Assembly (NCBI GenBank): GCA_019695335.1
Contig: JAIBAF010000013.1
Span: forward strand, 3,281-67,280
Direction of reading: 5' to 3'
From: a bacterium
GTDB taxonomy: Bacteria > CLD3 > SB21
Length of the DNA stretch: 64,000 nucleotides
A program made the translations under genes and the position numbers. Of this stretch, positions 8,422-15,956 are shown piece by piece; the stretch's first letter is position 1; each line of letters starts with the position of its first letter. The notes beneath the pieces are model-generated. The model made no database searches. It worked only from the letters and a program-made list of their open reading frames with translations, and was not told where the DNA came from.

Positions 8422-9753
8422 ATGAACGAATCGTTGCTTACTCTGTCGCTCTCACTATTATTATTTGCGTTAGTGTTTATTCCCTATCTTTGGTTTACCC
8501 AAAAGAAAAGAAAAACATTTGAGGCCAAAAAGCAGGAGGCCATTGCACTGGGGCATGATAAACCTGTTGCCCAACATCCGCTGATCGATCAATCCCGATG
8601 TATTGGTTGTGCGGCATGTGTTATTGCATGCCCGGAACATGCGCTCGGCATGATCGACGGAATGGCCGAATTGGTTTATCCCGGTAAATGCGTTGGCCAT
8701 GGTGTTTGCGCGGAAGCCTGCCCTGTCTCGGGCATTCGCATTGTGCTCGATCCCGCCAAATCAACTGCTGAATTACCTCTACTGGATGAATTTTTCCAAT
8801 CGAATGTTCCGAATGTGTATCTTATCGGGGAACTCGGCGGGATGGCACTGCTGCGTAATGCAATCTATCAAGGCAAATCGGTTATTGAACATATTTCCGA
8901 AAAAATTAAAAGTTCGCCCCGTCAAACAAACAATCCTTCACGGCATGACGTTATTATTATCGGTGCCGGTCCGGCCGGTCTCAGCGCCGCGCTCATGGCT
9001 CAGAAAAACGGATTAAATTATCTCCTGCTTGAGAAAGAAGAAACACCGGGCGGCGCCATTTTAAGTTACCCGCGTCAGAAACTCGTGATGACCATGCCCG
9101 TCGAAATTCCGCAATATGGCGTGCTCAAAAAACGCGAATTATCCAAAGAAGATTTATTAACGCTCTGGTCGGACATTATTCAGAAAACTTCTCTTAAAGT
9201 TACTTGCAATGAACGCCTTGAAGATGTGATTCACCATGAAGGAGCGCTGACGGTTGTCACTTCAGGTGGAAATCGTTACGATGCCGAACATGTTGTGTTA
9301 GCGCTGGGTCGTCGCGGAACTCCGCGAAAACTGAATGTACCCGGAGAACAATCGTCTAAAGTCGCTTACCAACTTCTTGAAGCCGTACGGTATAAACACA
9401 TGCATTGTATGGTCGTCGGCGCCGGCGACAGCGGTATCGAAGCTGCGATCGCACTTTCCAAGCAACATGGAACGACCGTTACGTTGATCAATCGCGGCAC
9501 GGACTTCCAGCGCGCCAAATCCAAAAATCAGGACCGTGTCCGTGAAGCTGAAACACAAAACCTGATCAAAATTTATTACCAATCTTCGGTTTCAGACATT
9601 CGTGATCACAGCATAACCATTCAATCACCGGAAGGCTCACTTGAAATAACCAACGATTTCATTTTCATTTTCGCGGGCGGCGAAATGCCGACGCCGTTCC
9701 TTAAAAAAATCGGAATAGAATTTACTCACAAAGACCGGATGATCGCCGCATGA
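8422..9753 (+). CDS. Membrane-anchored 2x[4Fe-4S] ferredoxin domain fused to an FAD/NAD(P)-dependent pyridine-nucleotide-disulfide-oxidoreductase-like domain
   Basis: N-terminal TM helix followed by KKRK. Cluster motifs CIGCAACVIACP and CVGHGVCAEACP. Dinucleotide motifs IIIGAGPAGLSAA and VVGAGDSGIEAA. Confidence 0.8.
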   Translation: MNESLLTLSLSLLLFALVFIPYLWFTQKKRKTFEAKKQEAIALGHDKPVAQHPLIDQSRCIGCAACVIACPEHALGMIDGMAELVYPGKCVGHGVCAEACPVSGIRIVLDPAKSTAELPLLDEFFQSNVPNVYLIGELGGMALLRNAIYQGKSVIEHISEKIKSSPRQTNNPSRHDVIIIGAGPAGLSAALMAQKNGLNYLLLEKEETPGGAILSYPRQKLVMTMPVEIPQYGVLKKRELSKEDLLTLWSDIIQKTSLKVTCNERLEDVIHHEGALTVVTSGGNRYDAEHVVLALGRRGTPRKLNVPGEQSSKVAYQLLEAVRYKHMHCMVVGAGDSGIEAAIALSKQHGTTVTLINRGTDFQRAKSKNQDRVREAETQNLIKIYYQSSVSDIRDHSITIQSPEGSLEITNDFIFIFAGGEMPTPFLKKIGIEFTHKDRMIAA

Positions 9754-10628
9754 ACCGAACATTGCACAGCATTTACATCCTCTCATTGACGGTCATTGGA
9801 ATTCTGATTGTCGCATGGATCGGAATTTACGGATGGAGTTATTATGCTACCGATGTGCCGGACCGGCATGAACATGCGTTGCATTCTACCCTTAGCCCCA
9901 CCGGATTTTGGGGACATGGAATGGGATTCATCGGCGCTTTCCTGATGACATTCGGCGTAGTCATGTACTCGCTCAGAAAACGTTGGAAATTGCTAGCCAA
10001 GGTCGGAATGATCAAGCATGTACTGGAACTGCATATTTTTTTGTGCCTGATTGGCCCCGCATTGATCGTCTATCACACAGCATTTAAGTTTGGAGGCATT
10101 GTGGGTGTGAGTTTTTGGTGCATGATGATCGTTGTTGCAAGCGGAGTGATTGGGCGATATCTATACTTGCAAATTCCAAAAACCGTAACCGGCCGCGAGA
10201 TTACTTCTTACGAACTTGAAAAACAGATTGACGCACTTCGAAAAAAATTATTGGATGAATTTAAAATACCCATAGAGTTTATAGCTCACATCGACGCCAT
10301 TTCCAGTGAACTGATCGAATCATCGAAAGCATCGCTAATTACAACTTTCCCAAAACTCGTCATACAAAACTTACGTCACGATGTTCGCGTTCGGTCTCTG
10401 ATTGCGTCGCTGTCGCACCAAAACGGATCGGCATCCGCCGAAGTGGTCAATGCCATTGCTGAAAAATCTCACTTACAAAGACAATTGGCTAATCTCACGG
10501 TCACGCAGAAACTATTTCGCTATTGGCATATGTTTCATTTACCGTTTGCAGTAGTCATGTTCATAATTATGATCGCTCATATTGTGGCAGCGTTTTTGTT
10601 TGGTTACGGTTGGATATTTACAGAATAG
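9750..10628 (+). CDS. 5-TM membrane protein with two His-x13-His helices (putative di-heme b-type cytochrome)
   Basis: Helices LHIFLCLIGPALIVYH and FHLPFAVVMFIIMIAH each carry His-x13-His. ATGA overlap with the upstream flavoprotein gene. The CDS is well supported; heme binding is inferred. Confidence 0.6.
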   Translation: MNRTLHSIYILSLTVIGILIVAWIGIYGWSYYATDVPDRHEHALHSTLSPTGFWGHGMGFIGAFLMTFGVVMYSLRKRWKLLAKVGMIKHVLELHIFLCLIGPALIVYHTAFKFGGIVGVSFWCMMIVVASGVIGRYLYLQIPKTVTGREITSYELEKQIDALRKKLLDEFKIPIEFIAHIDAISSELIESSKASLITTFPKLVIQNLRHDVRVRSLIASLSHQNGSASAEVVNAIAEKSHLQRQLANLTVTQKLFRYWHMFHLPFAVVMFIIMIAHIVAAFLFGYGWIFTE

Positions 10629-10667
10629 ATTGACCTTTATTCACCATTTAACAATCCAAGGAAATTC

Positions 10668-11246
10668 ATGAAAGACAAAAAAACTCTGGGACTTGTCGCC
10701 CTCGGAATAACGTTGTTAGTTTTTGCAGGATACAATTATTTCCAGTTGCCTAAATCTAAGCCGGTTTCCAATGAAGACACGGCTTCTTTACAGACCAGCA
10801 TTTCTTCCATTGACGGTAAAACCATGCCGGCCAACCATGATCAATTAGTTCAAGCCGATCAACTCAGAGAACATTTGAAATCGAATCCAACCGACACCGA
10901 TCATTGGGTTCAATTGGGTAATTTGCTTTTTGATGCAGGAAATTTTGCAGATGCTGTCGAACCGTACCGTACAGCACTCCAATTACGCCCGACAGATAAC
11001 GACGTACGAACCGATTATGCCGTTTGCTTGTTCAATACCAATCGATCCGATGAAGCAATTGCTGAGTTGAATACGGTCATCAAAAGTAATCCGAACCATA
11101 GCACGGCTTTATATAATATAGGTGTCATCCATTCGCATAGTGGCCGCAACGATCAAGCTAGAACATTCTGGAATCGGGCGATTGAGGCGGCGCCGAATTC
11201 CGACATCGCACAAAAAGCCCGGCAAGCTTTGGCTAATCTGAAATAA
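10668..11246 (+). CDS. TM-anchored periplasmic TPR protein (NrfG/CcmI-like, possible apocytochrome chaperone)
   Basis: N-terminal anchor LGLVALGITLLVFAGY. About three to four TPR units (WVQLGNLLFDAGNFADAVEPYRTAL, ALYNIGVIHSHSGRNDQARTFWNRAIE). Position is immediately upstream of the multiheme cytochrome genes. Confidence 0.6.
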   Translation: MKDKKTLGLVALGITLLVFAGYNYFQLPKSKPVSNEDTASLQTSISSIDGKTMPANHDQLVQADQLREHLKSNPTDTDHWVQLGNLLFDAGNFADAVEPYRTALQLRPTDNDVRTDYAVCLFNTNRSDEAIAELNTVIKSNPNHSTALYNIGVIHSHSGRNDQARTFWNRAIEAAPNSDIAQKARQALANLK

Positions 11247-11249
11247 AAA

Positions 11250-13016
11250 ATGAAACTCCTCATTACATTTATTCTCAATGTTCTTATAATTCCAGTCTGT
11301 GTCTACGCTCAATTTTCTCCCGGTGAATTGGCCCAATCGCATGCACATCTCGAAGGCATTGACAACTGTACGCAATGCCACGATCTTGGAAAGAAAATTG
11401 AAAATTCCAAATGTATCGATTGCCATTCGTTGATAAAAAACCGTATTGAAAAAAAGACCGGCTATCATGCTTCTACAGAAGTGCAGGGAAAACTGTGTTA
11501 CGAATGCCACCGCGATCACAATGGACGGAAATTCATCATGGTTGAATGGAAACCGTCGAAAGAAAAATTCAATCATGATCTAACCGGTTACAAACTCGAG
11601 GGAAAACATAAAACCGATAAGTGCGAAGCCTGCCATCAACCCGATTTTATCAAAGATCAGGGTGTGATCCAACGGGTAAAAGATGGGTTAAATTTAAAAC
11701 AAACTTTTCTCGGACTTTTTCAAGATTGCCGTTCATGCCATTTTGATGAACATCGCGGTCAATTCGATGATTGTTCAAAGTGTCATGATTTCCAGGATTG
11801 GAAACAATCGTCTTCCGCTAAATTTGATCATCAAAAAGCACGGTATGCGTTAACCGGTAGACATTTGTCTGTAGAATGTGTAAAATGCCACGCTCCCGTA
11901 AACGATTCGAAGAAAAAACCGGATGGAAAAACTGACCTCGATTATTTTAAATACAAACCGCTTAATTTTTCAAACTGTACTCCTTGCCATGCCGATCCGC
12001 ATGAAAACAAATTTGGCCAAAACTGCACGTCGTGTCACGTGACTTCAGACTGGCGAAATATTCGCAATCAATCCTTCGACCACTCTCTGACACGTTATCC
12101 ATTAGTAGGAAAACATACGACAGTGGCCTGCGAACGTTGCCATCAGCCTGATCCTAAAAAGCCGTCCGTTTACAAAAATATGAAATTTGCAGAGTGCACG
12201 GACTGTCACGCCGACGCACACGCTGGACAACTGGCCGCGAGAGCGGATAAGGGCAAATGCGAATCGTGTCATGACGTCTTCGGATTCCATCCATCGCTCT
12301 TTACCCTCGCCAGGCATACAACGGAGAGCCGTTACCCGTTGACCGGCGCTCACGAAAAAACCGAATGTATCAAATGCCACGTAAAATTATCTCCAAAGGA
12401 ATTTAAAGATCGAACGGGTTTCAAGGCGACGGCCGATTCAAATTTCATCGCACTCAAGTTTTTCGATCAGCGTTGCAGCGCCTGTCACAAAGACATCCAT
12501 CGCGGCCAATTTGCGGAAAAATTAAAAAATAATGATTGCAACATCTGCCATAAAACATCGGCATGGAAAGATCTGATTTTTGATCACGCCAAAGATTCAG
12601 GATTTCCATTGTTAGGCAAACATCAAAACGTTACCTGCGACCAATGTCATCCGATGGTCGATGCGACGACGGAATTCAAACGCGTTTTATACAAACCTGT
12701 TTCGAAATTCTGCGAACACTGCCACACTGATATTCATGAAGGACAACTTACTCAACATCCCGACGCTACTACCGCTCATCCGAAAACTTATTGCGAAAAT
12801 TGCCACACCAACGATGCGTTCAAGCCGACGATTTTTGATCACAATAAACAATCGCGCTACGCACTGACCGGCGCACATCAAAAAGTCGCATGCAATAAAT
12901 GCCACCTACAAACTACGATCAAAGCGGATACGTTGAATACTCTGTACAAGCCGATCAGCACGGAATGTGCCGCCTGCCATCCCGATCAACATGAAGGAGT
13001 GTTTGAAATCAAATGA
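11250..13016 (+). CDS. Secreted multiheme c-type cytochrome, 20 CxxCH motifs
   Basis: Signal peptide MKLLITFILNVLIIPVCVYAQ. I counted 20 CxxCH motifs in the translation. There are six repeats of F-[DN]-H..L.G.H....CxxCH (one begins A-R-H instead), typical of c7/c3-like triheme modules. Confidence 0.9.
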   Translation: MKLLITFILNVLIIPVCVYAQFSPGELAQSHAHLEGIDNCTQCHDLGKKIENSKCIDCHSLIKNRIEKKTGYHASTEVQGKLCYECHRDHNGRKFIMVEWKPSKEKFNHDLTGYKLEGKHKTDKCEACHQPDFIKDQGVIQRVKDGLNLKQTFLGLFQDCRSCHFDEHRGQFDDCSKCHDFQDWKQSSSAKFDHQKARYALTGRHLSVECVKCHAPVNDSKKKPDGKTDLDYFKYKPLNFSNCTPCHADPHENKFGQNCTSCHVTSDWRNIRNQSFDHSLTRYPLVGKHTTVACERCHQPDPKKPSVYKNMKFAECTDCHADAHAGQLAARADKGKCESCHDVFGFHPSLFTLARHTTESRYPLTGAHEKTECIKCHVKLSPKEFKDRTGFKATADSNFIALKFFDQRCSACHKDIHRGQFAEKLKNNDCNICHKTSAWKDLIFDHAKDSGFPLLGKHQNVTCDQCHPMVDATTEFKRVLYKPVSKFCEHCHTDIHEGQLTQHPDATTAHPKTYCENCHTNDAFKPTIFDHNKQSRYALTGAHQKVACNKCHLQTTIKADTLNTLYKPISTECAACHPDQHEGVFEIK

Positions 13017-13765
13017 AAATGATTTTTTTTACAGCATTTTTGGTAATGGCGTTTGAATGGAACAATTTACCGGCCAAGCCCGATAATACAATTTCATTGG
13101 ACACTAGTTTGTTGCCGGACACGCCGTTCGTCAAAATTCCGCACAAAACGTTTGATGTCCCATGCGAAGCATGTCACACAACCGAATCGTGGAAAATTTT
13201 GAAACCCAGGATCGATTTTGATCATGCGCGTACGGGATTTCCTCTAATTGGCGCCCACGAGCAGATTGCCTGCAATGCTTGTCACGCGGGAGGCAAGTTC
13301 AACGCAACGGTTCGTGAATGTTATATGTGCCATGAAGACCCGCATCAGGCTCAGCTCGGCGTCGACTGTGAACGCTGTCATAATGAAAATGCCTGGGCGC
13401 CCTCGATTTTCACTCACGACGATCAAACATTTTTTATGACGGGCGCGCACAAAGGACTCGATTGCGCCAGTTGCCACAAAAATCTGATCACTTTTAAAAT
13501 GCCGGCTATCCAGGAATGCGGCGATTGCCACGTTCCGATCGGTGCGACCACGGATCATAACCAGTACAAAATTTTCGGCGACTGTCTCTCATGCCACAAT
13601 TTAAACGCGTGGGACAACTATCCTCATTTAGACGAATGGTTTTCGCTCACCGGCCATCATCGCCGCAGTTGTGAAACCTGTCATCGCCAGGCGCCAAACT
13701 ATTCAACCTATACTTGTCGTGAATGTCACGATTTCGATCATAAAGGCGAAGGGCATGACGATTAA
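13013..13765 (+). CDS. Secreted multiheme c-type cytochrome, 9 CxxCH motifs
   Basis: Hydrophobic N-terminus. 9 CxxCH motifs counted. Same module type as the 20-heme protein (FDHARTGFPLIGAHEQIACNACH). ATGA overlap with the 20-heme gene. Confidence 0.9.
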   Translation: MKMIFFTAFLVMAFEWNNLPAKPDNTISLDTSLLPDTPFVKIPHKTFDVPCEACHTTESWKILKPRIDFDHARTGFPLIGAHEQIACNACHAGGKFNATVRECYMCHEDPHQAQLGVDCERCHNENAWAPSIFTHDDQTFFMTGAHKGLDCASCHKNLITFKMPAIQECGDCHVPIGATTDHNQYKIFGDCLSCHNLNAWDNYPHLDEWFSLTGHHRRSCETCHRQAPNYSTYTCRECHDFDHKGEGHDD

Positions 13766-13781
13766 CGTCATTTGAATTATT

Positions 13782-15062
13782 ATGAAAAAATTGATCATAC
13801 TTTATTTGTTTGCCGCAACAACTTCGGCATTCAGCCAAATTGCCGGATCGAACAATAATCTCGTCGGACGTTTTTCAGTTGGATGGAATTACTATTCTGA
13901 AGGCGCGTCGTTGTCGCCGCAACTCAACAGTTTTACCAATTACGGAATGCTTAACTATCGTTCATTCTCCAATGACGGACAGACGATCCGATATCAATTT
14001 CGTGGAGATTTTTACCAGAAAACAGGTCTGACGACAACACCCACTCTTGATCGCAGCGCTCAATTTAAAAACCGTTATATTGTCAGACAATTGTACGGTT
14101 CCTATTCAATTTTTCACGGTGAAATTAAACTGGGACGTGTTGTTCCGCTGGGTACGAATGTCGACGCGTATCCGATCAACGGAGCTGTTGTAGAAAATAT
14201 GATAGTAAACAACGTATGGCGCGTATCGGCTTTCGGTGGAAAAATTCACGATGAATATGCCAATCGTTTCGAAGGATTAGGCTACAACGCCGGAGGAAGC
14301 GTGACTTACGATCGCAAAACGTGGATACTCGGAACAGGATTTACTTCCGAACAATTGCGTGAGACTAAATTAAGCAAAGCGTATCTCTTCGGAGAATATC
14401 GCCCGTCATTGCAATGGCGTTTTAGTTCACGTAATCAGTATATCACTAATCGTTCGTTGATCGGCTATTCTCAAAATGCGCTGTTGTATCGAATCAATAG
14501 AAATTTCAGCGTACGTCTGTTTGCCGAATATCATGATCGACGGGCGTATGCGCCGGCGCCAACGGACAGCATCGGATGGGACCGCTTTTTCGAAACAAAA
14601 AAAGAAACTCTGTTCGGCGGCACGGTTCGCTACCAGCTTTTTAACCGCAAAAATATCGGCGCGATAGAAATTGTCCCGGCTTTCAAAAAGCGGATCGGTA
14701 ACGACGGCTTGACATATGGCGCTGTGCAATTAAATTATCGAAATTATTTCTGGTCGCGATTTAATTGCGGAATTGCCGGCAGTTATACCAGCAATCAGTG
14801 GCTCGACAATGTCAAAGCAAGCGTATACTGGAACAAAAATTTTCTTGATGGAAAATTAGACGGTGGAATTTCAGCGGCATTTAACGCTTATAAGTGGAGT
14901 AATGCCGGGGCCGGCACTAAAAATTTATCAACTGTTTCATTTGATATGAATTATCGTTTGAATACTGCATGGAACATCACGTGCGTTGTATATGAAGAAT
15001 TCGGCAATGCGACCGATCCTCATTCGGGAATCAATGTACGGATGAATTATTATCTACGATAA
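13782..15062 (+). CDS. Predicted outer-membrane beta-barrel protein (porin-like partner of the cytochromes)
   Basis: Signal peptide MKKLIILYLFAATTSAFSQ. Aromatic- and Gly/Asn-rich alternating segments throughout (for example YGAVQLNYRNYF, FDMNYRLN, GINVRMNYY). Starts 16 nt after the 9-heme gene. Confidence 0.55.
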   Translation: MKKLIILYLFAATTSAFSQIAGSNNNLVGRFSVGWNYYSEGASLSPQLNSFTNYGMLNYRSFSNDGQTIRYQFRGDFYQKTGLTTTPTLDRSAQFKNRYIVRQLYGSYSIFHGEIKLGRVVPLGTNVDAYPINGAVVENMIVNNVWRVSAFGGKIHDEYANRFEGLGYNAGGSVTYDRKTWILGTGFTSEQLRETKLSKAYLFGEYRPSLQWRFSSRNQYITNRSLIGYSQNALLYRINRNFSVRLFAEYHDRRAYAPAPTDSIGWDRFFETKKETLFGGTVRYQLFNRKNIGAIEIVPAFKKRIGNDGLTYGAVQLNYRNYFWSRFNCGIAGSYTSNQWLDNVKASVYWNKNFLDGKLDGGISAAFNAYKWSNAGAGTKNLSTVSFDMNYRLNTAWNITCVVYEEFGNATDPHSGINVRMNYYLR

Positions 15063-15656
15063 AATTTTCTCGCGCCGTAATTCATCAATCAATACAGTTT
15101 CGGGCGTCAGATGAATCGCCCGCATGCCCGCTTTTTTCGCGCCTTCCACATTGACCAAAAGATCGTCAATAAACAAAGCCTCCGGCATAGCCACATCCAG
15201 CTTCGAACATGCCAATTCGTAAATCACCCGATCCGGTTTCATCAACCCAACCTCATGGGAATATACTCGTACATCAAATCGATGTAAAAATCCGTAGCGT
15301 TCTTCGATCCATTTGACGTGAGAGGCATTCGTATTGGAAATCAATCCGACGGAATATTTTGGCTTTAAAATCTCAATGAGATCGATGTGTTTTTGCATTG
15401 GCTCGAAGATATCGTTCCACAAATGCTGCAGTTCATCGACGGTTCCTTCATAGGCCACCAATCGATGCAATTGTTTAAAAAAAATTTCAATTGAAATTTT
15501 CCCAAGCTCGAAATCCAGCGCTAACGAACTTTGCGTGACAAGTTTCAAAATCTCTTCGTACGACTTAGCCGAACGTTGCGTCATCGCCGTCACGTTACGT
15601 TTCCAGTCAAAATGAACCAACACTTTTCCTAAATCAAAAACCACGGCCCGAATCAT
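15054..15656 (-). CDS. HAD-superfamily hydrolase (subfamily IA)
   Basis: N-terminal VVFDLGKVLV motif, ISNTN motif and C-terminal FIDD motif. Confidence 0.75.
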   Translation of the reverse strand: MIRAVVFDLGKVLVHFDWKRNVTAMTQRSAKSYEEILKLVTQSSLALDFELGKISIEIFFKQLHRLVAYEGTVDELQHLWNDIFEPMQKHIDLIEILKPKYSVGLISNTNASHVKWIEERYGFLHRFDVRVYSHEVGLMKPDRVIYELACSKLDVAMPEALFIDDLLVNVEGAKKAGMRAIHLTPETVLIDELRREKILS

Positions 15657-15842
15657 ATTCCTCTTTTCATTATTTTTTCAGAAGGGGTGAATATAAAAAT
15701 AATTTCTTCTCTGCCAAAAGGATTAATTTCTCAAAATTATTGTTAACAAATTATTATTCACATTTAATTTCATAGCTACTGCCTTATTTCCTTAAATATC
15801 AATAGTTCAGCCACATTTTAACCCTGCCCGATTCTCGCCTAT

Positions 15843-15881
15843 TTAACAATACGGTAACATTTATCTAATAAATCATTAGTA
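15843..15881 (+). promoter_or_regulatory. Candidate Pho box array: four hexamers at 11-bp phasing (TTAACA, GTAACA, CTAATA, TTAGTA)
   Basis: Read directly from the sequence at 15843, 15854, 15865 and 15876, which is 76-114 bp upstream of the pstS ATG. It resembles the Bacillus PhoP-type TT(A/T/C)ACA direct repeats. Confidence 0.4.
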
Positions 15882-15956
15882 CAAACGCGTTAGATTTAAC
15901 TGTTTTTTAAGCTTGTGTGACTTATTCCTAACACTCAATAAAAGGAGAAACATCTC

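Noticed and set aside
11290-11312. Possible lipobox (I-P-V-C) in the signal peptide of the 20-heme cytochrome, which would make it an outer-surface lipoprotein like OmcB/MtrC
   Set aside because: Val at position -1 and Pro at -2 do not fit the [LVI][ASTVI][GAS]C consensus. The VYA-Q signal peptidase I site is the better reading.
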